DNA from: Verrucomicrobiales bacterium
Lineage (GTDB): Bacteria > Verrucomicrobiota > Verrucomicrobiia > Verrucomicrobiales > DEV007
Length of the DNA: 64,000 bases
Assembly (NCBI GenBank): GCA_030747955.1
Contig: JASLJT010000181.1
Location: 1,940 to 65,939 of the forward strand
Direction of reading: 5' to 3'
Positions within the stretch are counted from its first letter, which is position 1. Every line of letters begins with the position of its first letter. Shown in pieces: positions 19,410-28,951 of the stretch. The notes beneath the pieces were generated by a model. It was given only the letters and a program-made list of their open reading frames with translations. It was not told the DNA's origin and made no database searches. Position numbers and translations under genes: made by a program.

Positions 19410-20807
19410 ATGATTTCCCAACCATCAGATCGCCGATCTTTTCTCCGTTCCTTCGTCGCGGGGTCCAGCATGATGCCTGCCCTATTACGTAATATGGATG
19501 CGCTGTCAAACAGTATTGGTCCTTTGTCCGTAAAGAATCCTCACTTCCCCGCGAAGGCAAAGAATGTGATTTTTTTGTTCATGACTGGTGGGGTTTCCCA
19601 CATCGATACCTTTGATCCTAAGCCAAAACTAAAATCTGATGTGGGCAAAGAAATCAAGCTCGATCATCCTGAAATAGAAAACCGTGCGGGTTATGAAAAA
19701 ATATATCTGAAAGCACCACAATGGGAATTCTCTCCTCACGGACAATGCGGAACAGAAGTCAGTACATTGTTCCCGCACGTGGCACAATGCGTTGATGATA
19801 TAGCGCTCATTCGTTCTATGCACACTGACCATTCCAATCACTACAACGCTACTTTGGGAATGCACACCGGATCCTTTGCTTTCGCGAGGCCCAGTCTCGG
19901 TTCATGGGTAAGTTATGGACTCGGCACTGAAAACCAAAATCTACCCTCGTTCATTACCATTGCTCCGAAGCAGACCTATGCCGGAACACAAGTGTATGCG
20001 AGCGACTTTTTGCCTGGTGCCCATCAAGGCACTTTCCTTAGACCCAGTAAAGACCCTTTCAAAAATATTCGTTCCATAATTCCCCCATCACGCCAAGAGC
20101 TTGAGTTGGCCGCGCTTCAAAGATTAAACGAACGTCATCTAATTGCCCGTTCCGGTGATGCTGAGGCAGAAGCCAGAATAAAAAGTTTTGAAACAGCATT
20201 TGGCATGCAAATGGAAGTGCCTGAACTTTTCGATTTTTCAAAGGAATCGAACGCTACTCACAATCTTTATGGACTCAATAGAGGATCGACTGAAGGCTTT
20301 GGATGGCAGTGTCTTGCGGCTCGCCGACTCGTCGAGCGAGGCGTTCGTTTTGTGGAGCTCATTGATACTGGCTCTTCAGGAAATTGGGACTCTCACGGTA
20401 ACATGATGGACCATGAAAGACTCGCTAAGAATGTTGATCAACCAATCGCGGGGCTGCTTAAAGACCTTAAATCGCGTGGAATGCTTCAAGACACATTAGT
20501 TGTTTGGACTACCGAATTTGGAAGGACTCCTTTTAACAACAAAGCCGATGCTCTTGGCAGGGAACATCATAACTGGGCATTCAGTTCATGGATGGCCGGT
20601 GCCGGAATTAAGCCCGGAACGGTCCACGGATCGACCGATGAGTATGGTATCCGCCCGGACAAGGACCCGGTACATGTACATGATTTTCATGCCACGATCC
20701 TTCATCTTCTCGGACTAGATCATGAAAAGCTCACGTATAGACATGATGGAAGGGATTACCGACTTACCGACGTTTACGGAAATATCGTCACAGATATCAT
20801 GGCTTAA
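19410..20807 (+). CDS. DUF1501 protein, TAT leader
   Basis: SDRRSFLRSFVAGSS leader, IFLFMTGGVSHIDTFDPKP and TTEFGRTP..GREHH. It starts 3 nt after the upstream DUF1553 stop. Confidence 0.85.
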   Translation: MISQPSDRRSFLRSFVAGSSMMPALLRNMDALSNSIGPLSVKNPHFPAKAKNVIFLFMTGGVSHIDTFDPKPKLKSDVGKEIKLDHPEIENRAGYEKIYLKAPQWEFSPHGQCGTEVSTLFPHVAQCVDDIALIRSMHTDHSNHYNATLGMHTGSFAFARPSLGSWVSYGLGTENQNLPSFITIAPKQTYAGTQVYASDFLPGAHQGTFLRPSKDPFKNIRSIIPPSRQELELAALQRLNERHLIARSGDAEAEARIKSFETAFGMQMEVPELFDFSKESNATHNLYGLNRGSTEGFGWQCLAARRLVERGVRFVELIDTGSSGNWDSHGNMMDHERLAKNVDQPIAGLLKDLKSRGMLQDTLVVWTTEFGRTPFNNKADALGREHHNWAFSSWMAGAGIKPGTVHGSTDEYGIRPDKDPVHVHDFHATILHLLGLDHEKLTYRHDGRDYRLTDVYGNIVTDIMA

Positions 20808-20839
20808 GGAGAACCTCCTAAAATCTTTTTATTGAGCCG

Positions 20840-21898
20840 TCACTTGCCCAGTCGGGCCCCATATTCGTTTGTGGGATCGCGATACATCGAGTGAAGATGA
20901 TTATGAGGGTCGCCTCCAAGGTCTTGGCCCGCATATTCGATAATGATACTAGGGCCCTGGATCCGATAGGAAAAATCTCCCTTTTCAACAGAAGGCCCCC
21001 ACCAAGAAAATGACATTTTATCGATCTCAGAACTTAGTTCCTCTATACGCTGTTTATGATAAGGCTCGGGCAAATCACCAACATAGACCCGGATAACCTC
21101 CATCAGGGCCTCACGCTGAGCCTTATTAAAATCCTTACATGAAACGCCGGTAGATTCTGGAACAAATCCATCTTTGCCCGCAGCAGCTATTAGATTTGCT
21201 CGTTTCTTGCCAATAATGGCACTCTTTTTTTGGGCATCGTTAAGGCTCTTGTAAAGCTTTAGACCTAATGGGGCCTCATCTAACATAGGAACAACCATAT
21301 CCTTACCAAGCTGAAACTCACGAGGTTGAGTTCCAATAAATGTAGGCGACATGGACATACGGTTACCATGGAATGCGAGATTAATTGCAATATGATGCCC
21401 ATCAAATTGTAAGCCCCAAGGCTTATTTGGAGAAGGCTTCCCAAAAATTGCTAACCAGTAGTCTTCCGCGCCAAATCCTGGACGGCGCTTACCGTTACGA
21501 AGGAGTCGATCATCAGCTAAGGGAATATTACGGGCCTTGCTATAACCTTGTTCACTTAAAACTGTACTCAATAAATTAAGGGCCGCTTTTATTTGTGATT
21601 CATTCAAGTCACCTAACCTTACGCCGCCTTGAGGGCCACGCGGTGGAACATTAGTCCACTTTGCTTTTTCTGAGCTGTCAAAAGGTAAGGCTGCTTGCGC
21701 TCTTAATTTTTTATCCAATGATGATAAAAAGGTATTGGCACTCTTAGCAAAAGATTCAGATGTCCTCTCTGAAGCACTCTTCGGATTATAATTGGATAGA
21801 ACTTTACTGGGCAGAGAAGGATACTTGCCAACTGGTGCCGCTGATAATAATGAAGCCGTAAGTAGTATTGAACAAAAAGCAAGAGGGGTAATTTTCAT
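20840..21898 (-). CDS. DUF3500 family protein, secreted
   Basis: The internal ATG at 21898 gives the signal peptide MKITPLAFCSILLTASLLSAAP. DUF3500-like WGLQFDGHHIAINLAFHGNRMSMSPTFIGTQP and DPHNHLHSMYRDPTNEYG. Confidence 0.7.
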   Translation of the reverse strand: MKITPLAFCSILLTASLLSAAPVGKYPSLPSKVLSNYNPKSASERTSESFAKSANTFLSSLDKKLRAQAALPFDSSEKAKWTNVPPRGPQGGVRLGDLNESQIKAALNLLSTVLSEQGYSKARNIPLADDRLLRNGKRRPGFGAEDYWLAIFGKPSPNKPWGLQFDGHHIAINLAFHGNRMSMSPTFIGTQPREFQLGKDMVVPMLDEAPLGLKLYKSLNDAQKKSAIIGKKRANLIAAAGKDGFVPESTGVSCKDFNKAQREALMEVIRVYVGDLPEPYHKQRIEELSSEIDKMSFSWWGPSVEKGDFSYRIQGPSIIIEYAGQDLGGDPHNHLHSMYRDPTNEYGARLGK

Positions 21899-22001
21899 CT
21901 TGTTGGGATCATGCCTTGCTGACCAAAAATGTAAACCCCAAAGATTAGGACCTGTTCTTCTTAAGCGCCATTGTGTAAATGGTCTTAAAAGAATTAGTGC
22001 T

Positions 22002-23411
22002 CTATGAAGGTAAAAGCTCCCTGATTGGAGAGCCGAATGGTAATATGGGCTGAGGCCTGCCGCCATGATCCAAGAAGGTCTGATCCTGATCAATGCCCAT
22101 ATGAAGAAGGATACTCGCCCAAACATCGTTCGGTGTCATGGCCCTAGATATAGGATGCTCCCCCTTATCGTTAGTCGCACCAATGACTTGGCCGGTTCGC
22201 ATTCCTCCTCCACTTACCAGCATGGACATTGCTCCTGGCCAGTGTCCTCGGCCAGGCTGTTTCACTTTAGTGTGCGTCCCTGGATTGGTTTCAATTTTGG
22301 GAGTTCTTCCAAATTCACCGGTCACTACAAGCATGACCCGGCGGTCAAGGCCTCGATCATAAAGATCCTCAATCATTGCTGTGATTACCTTATCATATAT
22401 AGGCAACCTGATCTTGGCTTCATCAAATAGATGGCAGTTAACAGCATGTGAATCCCAGTTATAAGTCCCATATTTGGGCATCTTTATACCCGAAACGTAA
22501 GGGTTCTCCATCACTATAGTGACGAAACGGGCCCCAGCCTCAACGAGCCTCCTTGCTAAGATTGCTCTCTGCCCCCATGCATGGCGGCCGAAACGGTCTC
22601 GGATCGAATCACTTTCAAGAGAAAGATCAAAGGCATTACGAAAAGCTTTGGAAAAAAGCATATCCATTGCCTGCTTGTTAAAATTATCCATTGATCCAAG
22701 AGCCTTGTTCGCATCGATGTCCCGTCTCAAATTATCGACTCCCTTGAGTAAGTTGACCCTGTCCTGTAACCGATCCGCCATTGCTTCATTCATTGAAAGG
22801 TTTTCAATCTTAAAGTCCTTCTCGTTCGGGTCACCGTTAACAATGAATGGGGTGTTGTGATTTCCCATCCAAGCCGCTCCAAGCGCAAATGTATCTATCT
22901 TATGCCTGCCCTTTTTAATTAAGCCAATGTTCGTTGGGAGCCCGCCATTGGCTGCTCCTTTTTCGCGCAGTGCCGCTTCAATGAATGAAGTCATTGCAGG
23001 GGAATCATTAAGTGTTCCGGTTGGCTCCTTGGGTCGCCTAGCAGTCATGAACCGCTTATGGCCTCCGCCATGATCTGAAAAGGTGTGATGAACTGATCGA
23101 ATAATATTATAACGGTCCGCACACTTTGCGTGCAGCGGCATTAATTCACTGACCTGAAGGTCCGGATTATTGGTTCGAATCGGGGAAAAGATGCCACGGT
23201 ACTCGGCCGGTGCATCGGGCTTCATGTCATACATTTCCATGTGCGGAGGCCCTCCAGGCAACCATACAAAAATAACAGCCGGGTCCTCTTTCTCATTACT
23301 TTTGGCAGCCTTTGCCAAATCACCTAGACCCAAACCACACAAAGAATAAGCGCCAAGCTCAAGGAATGACCGGCGAGTAGGGCCCGGACAAGGTGAAGCG
23401 AAAAGTGACAT
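22002..23411 (-). CDS. DUF1501 protein, TAT leader
   Basis: PTRRSFLELGAYSLCGLG leader, VWLPGGPPHMEMYDMKPDAP and TGEFGRTP..GRGHW. Confidence 0.85.
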   Translation of the reverse strand: MSLFASPCPGPTRRSFLELGAYSLCGLGLGDLAKAAKSNEKEDPAVIFVWLPGGPPHMEMYDMKPDAPAEYRGIFSPIRTNNPDLQVSELMPLHAKCADRYNIIRSVHHTFSDHGGGHKRFMTARRPKEPTGTLNDSPAMTSFIEAALREKGAANGGLPTNIGLIKKGRHKIDTFALGAAWMGNHNTPFIVNGDPNEKDFKIENLSMNEAMADRLQDRVNLLKGVDNLRRDIDANKALGSMDNFNKQAMDMLFSKAFRNAFDLSLESDSIRDRFGRHAWGQRAILARRLVEAGARFVTIVMENPYVSGIKMPKYGTYNWDSHAVNCHLFDEAKIRLPIYDKVITAMIEDLYDRGLDRRVMLVVTGEFGRTPKIETNPGTHTKVKQPGRGHWPGAMSMLVSGGGMRTGQVIGATNDKGEHPISRAMTPNDVWASILLHMGIDQDQTFLDHGGRPQPILPFGSPIRELLPS

Positions 23412-23461
23412 AACGGAACTTAGTTCAAATATAAGATCCGATAAGCTTTTTATTTGTCAAT

Positions 23462-24733
23462 TTATAGGCTTTTTATGCGAACATTACGAAACTTAACAGG
23501 ATCGCTATGGCCAGCAAAACCGATGAACCCGGAACTGCGTTTTACTCCCTTTGGGACCCGCTTCACCTTACTCAGATCGATCTTGCTGATGTCCTGATCC
23601 AATATGGTCTTTCCATTAAGAATGACTTTGATGTGGCTTCCTTTGAAAATGATTTCCTGTTTATTCCATTCTCCGATCGGAAGAAGAGCCCCGCGCTTTG
23701 CCGGAGCCAAACCGTAAACAGAACCATGAAATTGGTAAGGCTTTAAGTTGGCGTACTTCTTAGCAGTATTATCGAGGACTTGAATTTCGTAAGCTTCCCA
23801 GGCAGGATCACCCTTACCGGGTGAACGAACAGCGATCCCGTTATTTCCGCCAGGTGGCAGTTGAAATTCAAAACGAAATGCAAAGTCACTATATTCTTCT
23901 TTGGCATAAAGAGTTCCTCCCTTGCCTTTCTTGCACATGATGGCTCCGTCAACGACCTCATAATTATTAACTGCACCATGCCAACCCGTAAGATCCTTAC
24001 CATTGAAGAGAGTCTGGAATCCCTCTTCACCTCCTGATTTAATTTCCTTGATAAATACATTGCGCCAGCGAATCTCACCACCGTGCGTCTGTAGCTGAAT
24101 TGGCCCCTTCTCGAAAATAGGGATCTTACGATCAAAATAGTTTTCCATCACGACATTGTTAACTACCTTTTCTCCGTTCAGGTAAACGGTAACGCGCTCA
24201 CCTATCATGATAATCCGGAACTTATTCCACTGCCCGAAAGGCTTATCCATTTTCTTAGAAGGGTCTTTCCCTGGGGCCCCTTTACTGTTGTTCCATAGTC
24301 CTCCTGAGCCCTTATCAGCCCCTATTTTCCATTTGGCTTTTTCTGTAGGATCCCAAATCTGCACCTGGGGCACGCCACGTAAATAGATTCCGCTATCGGC
24401 TTTTGCAACGGTCTTATATTCAAGCAACAGCTCAAAATCGCCATAATCCTTAAGGGTAGTCAAATAAAGACCCTTCCCATCATTGACCAGCTCCCCATCC
24501 TCGACGCTCCAGTGCGCATTAATATCCTTGAGGGTATTTTCTTGATGCGCTTTGAGTTCCTCGGGAGACATTTTCCATAATGTCCTAGGGTCCTTGGTTC
24601 CATGACCAAACCAACCCTCAAGATCTTTACCGTTAAATAATGCCTTAAACCCTTCCGGAGGGACGTTCTGAGCATTAGCAAGTTGAGATAACGAAATTAG
24701 ACAAATGGCAGCAGATAAAAATATATAATGCAT
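23462..24733 (-). CDS. tandem double DUF1080 (3-keto-disaccharide hydrolase family) protein, secreted
   Basis: Two repeats of the DUF1080 pattern: FKALFNGKDLEGWFG ... IQLQTHGGEIRWRNVFIKEI, then FQTLFNGKDLTGWHG ... GFAGHSDPVKFRNVRIKSL. The start is set at ATG 24733 (MHYIFLSAAICLISLSQLANA). Confidence 0.8.
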   Translation of the reverse strand: MHYIFLSAAICLISLSQLANAQNVPPEGFKALFNGKDLEGWFGHGTKDPRTLWKMSPEELKAHQENTLKDINAHWSVEDGELVNDGKGLYLTTLKDYGDFELLLEYKTVAKADSGIYLRGVPQVQIWDPTEKAKWKIGADKGSGGLWNNSKGAPGKDPSKKMDKPFGQWNKFRIIMIGERVTVYLNGEKVVNNVVMENYFDRKIPIFEKGPIQLQTHGGEIRWRNVFIKEIKSGGEEGFQTLFNGKDLTGWHGAVNNYEVVDGAIMCKKGKGGTLYAKEEYSDFAFRFEFQLPPGGNNGIAVRSPGKGDPAWEAYEIQVLDNTAKKYANLKPYQFHGSVYGLAPAKRGALLPIGEWNKQEIIFKGSHIKVILNGKTILDQDISKIDLSKVKRVPKGVKRSSGFIGFAGHSDPVKFRNVRIKSL

Positions 24734-24858
24734 GGATAATCTTAATAATTGTTCTATGAACGAAAATGCACGGTTCGGGCCCATCAGACAAGAGTATTTA
24801 ATGCTCTTTCTTTAAAGCACTGTTGTGTTGTTTGAATGTATTTGTTAGCGTTTTGGTG

Positions 24859-26103
24859 ATGACTTTTCCCGCTTTGCCGTACTTAGCCTTGATTTCTTTT
24901 CTCTTTTTAGCTGCTGACTTCAGTCCTGCTGAAGAAAAAATGCATTGGTTCAAGGGCAATACTCACACGCATTCATTATGGAGTGATGGAAATGATTTTC
25001 CGGAAATGATTGCTAAATTTTACAAAGATAATAATTACCATTTCCTGGTCCTGTCAGATCATAATATTCTTAGCAGGGGCGAAAAATGGATGAATGTGGG
25101 TGCAATTGAAAAGAGAAGAAAGGCGCTCGGGGTCCCAACATTAAAAAAATATATAAGTACCTTTGGTAAGGACTGGGTCGAATTGCGCGGAGAAGATAAA
25201 AAACAAGAAGTTCGACTAAGGACTCTAGAGGAAATCCGTCCCAAATTTGAACAGGAGGGAAACTTTATTTTTATCGAAGGAGAGGAAATCACCAATAGTT
25301 TTGGTAGATCTCCAGTCCATACGAACGGGATGAATCTGAAAGAACTCATTGTTCCAAAGAAAGGAACTTCGCTCCGTGACACAATGCGGAACAATATCAT
25401 TGCTGTAAGGGAGCAATCAAATCGCCTCAACAAACCGATGCTTTCTCACTTAAATCATCCAAACTTTGGATGGTCAATTACTGCTGAGGATCTTGCTCAT
25501 GTCTTGGAAGAAAAATTCTTCGAAGTATACAATGGTCATCCCGGAATCAATCATCTTGGAGACGCAAAGAGGCCCGGGGATGAAAAGATATGGGACATTG
25601 CAAATACCATACGCCTTGCAACGCTGAAGTCCGATCCACTCTATGGAATTTCCTCTGACGATTCGCACTACTATCATGGAGGAGATGTCAAACCTGGGAG
25701 GGGCTGGGTCATGGTTCAGTCTTCATCTCTTGAAGAGGATTCTATCGTAAGATCAATGGACTCTGGAAACTTTTACGGCTCGAGCGGTATACATTTCAAA
25801 CATCTTTTGAGGGACCAGAAAAAAGGAATTCTCGAATTTGAAATCGAAGCGGATACAGATGCAGAATATGTGACAACTATCATTGGAACCCGCAAAGGAA
25901 ATGAAAATAAACCGGATCTTGTCGGAGAAACCCTAGCAACCATTAAAGGAAATAAGGTCCAATATAAGCTCAAGGATAATGAGTGGTATTTTCGAGCCAC
26001 TGTCACCTCCAGTAAAGACCATCCTCGTCCATCCTTTACTGGACAAAAAGAACAGGCATGGACTCAGCCGATCTGGGATTCTTTAGCTATAAGAAAAAAG
26101 TGA
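24859..26103 (+). CDS. secreted PHP-domain (CehA/McbA-like) metallophosphoesterase
   Basis: WFKGNTHTHSLWSDGNDFPEMIAKFY..HFLVLSDHN is typical of the PHP fold. Start at ATG 24859; the track start 24823 is TTG. Confidence 0.65.
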   Translation: MTFPALPYLALISFLFLAADFSPAEEKMHWFKGNTHTHSLWSDGNDFPEMIAKFYKDNNYHFLVLSDHNILSRGEKWMNVGAIEKRRKALGVPTLKKYISTFGKDWVELRGEDKKQEVRLRTLEEIRPKFEQEGNFIFIEGEEITNSFGRSPVHTNGMNLKELIVPKKGTSLRDTMRNNIIAVREQSNRLNKPMLSHLNHPNFGWSITAEDLAHVLEEKFFEVYNGHPGINHLGDAKRPGDEKIWDIANTIRLATLKSDPLYGISSDDSHYYHGGDVKPGRGWVMVQSSSLEEDSIVRSMDSGNFYGSSGIHFKHLLRDQKKGILEFEIEADTDAEYVTTIIGTRKGNENKPDLVGETLATIKGNKVQYKLKDNEWYFRATVTSSKDHPRPSFTGQKEQAWTQPIWDSLAIRKK

Positions 26104-26209
26104 TTTTTAGGGAGTTCTTTTTCCTACCAAAACACTATTTTCACGCAAATTAATTGGAAATTCATCGTTTTTTCTTGAATAGAAAAGTCTTTTCGAGAGA
26201 CTGGATTTT

Positions 26210-27529
26210 ATGAAGAGAAGAAATTTCCTTAAAACCTCAGCGGCCAGTGCATTGGCCGCACCAACTATAGTACCTTCCTCGGTCCTAGGAGCAAACGCTC
26301 CAAGTAATCGTATTACCCTCGGCCTCATTGGTTGTGGCGGTCAAGGCACGGGTAACTTGCGGAACCTAATGAATAAGGCTGGCACTCAAGCCATCGCCGT
26401 TTGTGATCCCGACAAGAATAACATGAACCGGGCCAAGGATCATGTGAATAAGCAATACGCAAAACAGACAGAGAGCGGCGAGTACAAAGGATGTGAAACA
26501 TTTTCAGATTATCGCGACCTTGCTGCAATGAAAGAACTCGATGCGGTCATTGTGGGTACTCCGGACCACTGGCATGCACTGGCTTGCCTTGAACTACTTA
26601 GAAATAAGAAAGATGTCTATTGTGAAAAACCAATTACTCACCTCTTTGCTGAGGGTCAGGCCGTCTATAAAGAAGCGGCAAAACAAAAAGCAATATTTCA
26701 GGTAGGTTCACAGCAACGTTCAAGTTCTCGTATGCGGGTCGCTGCCGAAGCCGTCATGAATGGAGTCCTTGGAAAAATCAAGGAAGTCAAAGTTGGTCTT
26801 CCCACAGGTGGTGGAACCGATGAAGAAGGCAAAGTCGCTCAACCAATTCCGGATCATCTTGACTATGACCTCTGGTGTGGACCAAGCAGATTACTCCCAT
26901 ACAATTCGAAACGCCTTCACTGGAACTGGCGCTGGTGCCTGGACTACGGTGGCGGACAGTTAATGGACTGGATCGGACATCACAATGACATTGCTCACTG
27001 GGGACTTGAGATGGACAAGAGTGGTCCAATCAAAGTCGAAGCTAAAGGGTTCCGTTACCATGGCAAGGGCATGTATGACCAACCCCTAGATTATAACGTC
27101 GTATCTGAATATGCTGGAGGGTACACAGTGACTCTTTCTAACAAACACAAGATGGCAGGTGGTCGAAACATGGGCACTGAGTGGCACGGTGAAAATGGTT
27201 GGATCTATGTTGACCGTGGCAGAATTGATGCTTCAGATAATCTTAAGCAATTCATAAGGGAAAGTAATGATCGTGGACCTAAGAAGGCTTACAAATCTGA
27301 GGGTGGACATCACCAAAACTTTATTACGGGTGTTAAGACTAGGAAAGAATGCATCTGTCCTGCTGAGACCGGGCACCGTTCAGCTACTCCGGGCCATATC
27401 GGATACGTCTCCGACAAGCTCGGTCGCGCAATCAAATGGGATCCGAAAAAAGAAGAGGTCATTGGAGATCCTGAAGCCGAAAAGCTATTAAAAACAGTCA
27501 ATTACAGAGGAGACTGGAAGCTCGGCTAA
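26210..27529 (+). CDS. Gfo/Idh/MocA-family NAD(P)-dependent oxidoreductase with TAT leader
   Basis: MKRRNFLKTSAASALAAP leader, a Rossmann segment LGLIGCGGQGTGN, and VYCEKPITH (EKP motif). Confidence 0.85.
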   Translation: MKRRNFLKTSAASALAAPTIVPSSVLGANAPSNRITLGLIGCGGQGTGNLRNLMNKAGTQAIAVCDPDKNNMNRAKDHVNKQYAKQTESGEYKGCETFSDYRDLAAMKELDAVIVGTPDHWHALACLELLRNKKDVYCEKPITHLFAEGQAVYKEAAKQKAIFQVGSQQRSSSRMRVAAEAVMNGVLGKIKEVKVGLPTGGGTDEEGKVAQPIPDHLDYDLWCGPSRLLPYNSKRLHWNWRWCLDYGGGQLMDWIGHHNDIAHWGLEMDKSGPIKVEAKGFRYHGKGMYDQPLDYNVVSEYAGGYTVTLSNKHKMAGGRNMGTEWHGENGWIYVDRGRIDASDNLKQFIRESNDRGPKKAYKSEGGHHQNFITGVKTRKECICPAETGHRSATPGHIGYVSDKLGRAIKWDPKKEEVIGDPEAEKLLKTVNYRGDWKLG

Positions 27530-27559
27530 GGTAACTATATCATTATCCTTAAAAAACAA

Positions 27560-27594
27560 GGGCCCGTCATCTGATAAAGATGACGGGCCCTTTT
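27560..27594. terminator. rho-independent, probably bidirectional terminator
   Basis: GGGCCCGTCATC-TGATAAA-GATGACGGGCCC is a 12-bp perfect GC-rich stem. It is preceded by AAAAAACAA and followed by TTTT, and lies between convergent genes. Confidence 0.85.
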
Positions 27595-27613
27595 AGTTAA
27601 AAAGATTTGTAAT

Positions 27614-28765
27614 TTATTTGTTCCAACCGTTCTCCTCAATGACGGCTTTCATGGCCCCAATACCAGGATGGTCGGCAGGCAAAATTTTGTGCTTCACCAG
27701 ATACTTTAGTGCATTGTTAACCTGCATAAAGTCACCCTTACGGCCGTCAGATTTTTCTGCGACCTCATTCACAAATTGTTCACCAAGTTCTTCGGCCTCA
27801 GCATGCGCTGCTGCGTTTTTCTCATAGTACAGAGATTCCATTAATCTTAAGAGCTTCTCTTTTCCTTTTTTAGTCGCGGCATCCTTGCGAATCTTAATAG
27901 CAATTTCGGCCCTCTTTTTCTTTGTCGCATCGGGAGAAAGTTTACCGTCCGTTCCGCCTTCGATAGGTCTGCTGCGCAACTGACGGTACCAAATATTGCG
28001 AAACCTCACGGGGTTGCCGTGATCCTGTAATTTGAGAGGTCCCTTCAAAGGGAAGACCTTAGCGCGTGATCGTCCTCGGTGGCCTCCTCCTCCTTCGAGA
28101 GGAGTCGAATCCTGAACAACGACCCCATTAATGAGTACCGTCATGGATCCATCATCGAGGACCTTACCGTCCTTAAGTATGGGTCGGCGAAAGATAATAT
28201 CATAACTCTGCCACTTGCCTGGAGCATTCAAGGAATTAGCCATTGGAGGCATGACTCCATAAATGGATCCAGCAAACCCATCAGGGTAAGTTGGATTATT
28301 GTAATTATCCAAGACCTGTACCTCAGTCTGACCCATCAAAAATACACCACTATTGCCGCGGCCCTGACTGCTACCAATAATCTTTGCTGGTGCGGACCAT
28401 TCAACGTGTAATTGGCAGTCTGCAAATTCTGCCTTTGATTTAATTGTTCCAGCACCACCGACAGATATGAGTGCACCGTCCTGAACTTTCCAATCCTTTT
28501 TGCGTTTTGAATTTTCATGGGTCCAATTCTTTTTGAACGACTCTGCAGATCCATCGAAAAGAATTATCGCATCAGAAGGTGCTCCGCCTGGAACTTTACC
28601 AGGTTCGACCCTAGGTGGCTGGGGTCTGTTATTATCATGGATGGCCCAAGGGTGTGTGTCATCCGGCGGATCACCGTAAAACTGCGCTGCAGCAAAGGGA
28701 ACAGCAAGGAACAGGAAAAGTACTGTTCTTACTATTTGTCGAAGATGTTTAAGGTTTGAATTCAT
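27614..28765 (-). CDS. DUF1080 domain protein with helical C-terminal extension, secreted
   Basis: Signal peptide. KNWTHENS..WKVQDGAL ... LKLQDHGNPVRFRNIWYRQL, followed by a ~110-aa Lys/Glu-rich tail. Confidence 0.75.
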   Translation of the reverse strand: MNSNLKHLRQIVRTVLFLFLAVPFAAAQFYGDPPDDTHPWAIHDNNRPQPPRVEPGKVPGGAPSDAIILFDGSAESFKKNWTHENSKRKKDWKVQDGALISVGGAGTIKSKAEFADCQLHVEWSAPAKIIGSSQGRGNSGVFLMGQTEVQVLDNYNNPTYPDGFAGSIYGVMPPMANSLNAPGKWQSYDIIFRRPILKDGKVLDDGSMTVLINGVVVQDSTPLEGGGGHRGRSRAKVFPLKGPLKLQDHGNPVRFRNIWYRQLRSRPIEGGTDGKLSPDATKKKRAEIAIKIRKDAATKKGKEKLLRLMESLYYEKNAAAHAEAEELGEQFVNEVAEKSDGRKGDFMQVNNALKYLVKHKILPADHPGIGAMKAVIEENGWNK

Positions 28766-28951
28766 GGTTTTGGTTTAAACGATAAAATTGTTCCTAGCAA
28801 GTTAACCCTTAAATATCGGAAAAAATAAAGTCCTTAGAGTTAAAGTCCCGAATAAATAGCAGTGTAAATAAAGAATTTTTTGCTAAAGGAACGTTTGATT
28901 CTGGTCTTTTGGAGCGTTTTATCTTTGTTCTGAAGAACCAACACTGCAATA

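Noticed and set aside
21899-22126. N-terminal 76-aa extension of the DUF3500 ORF (track start 22126)
   Set aside because: The extension overlaps the 3' end of the upstream DUF1501 gene and has no signal-like features. The internal ATG at 21898 gives a clean signal peptide (MKITPLAFCSILL..).
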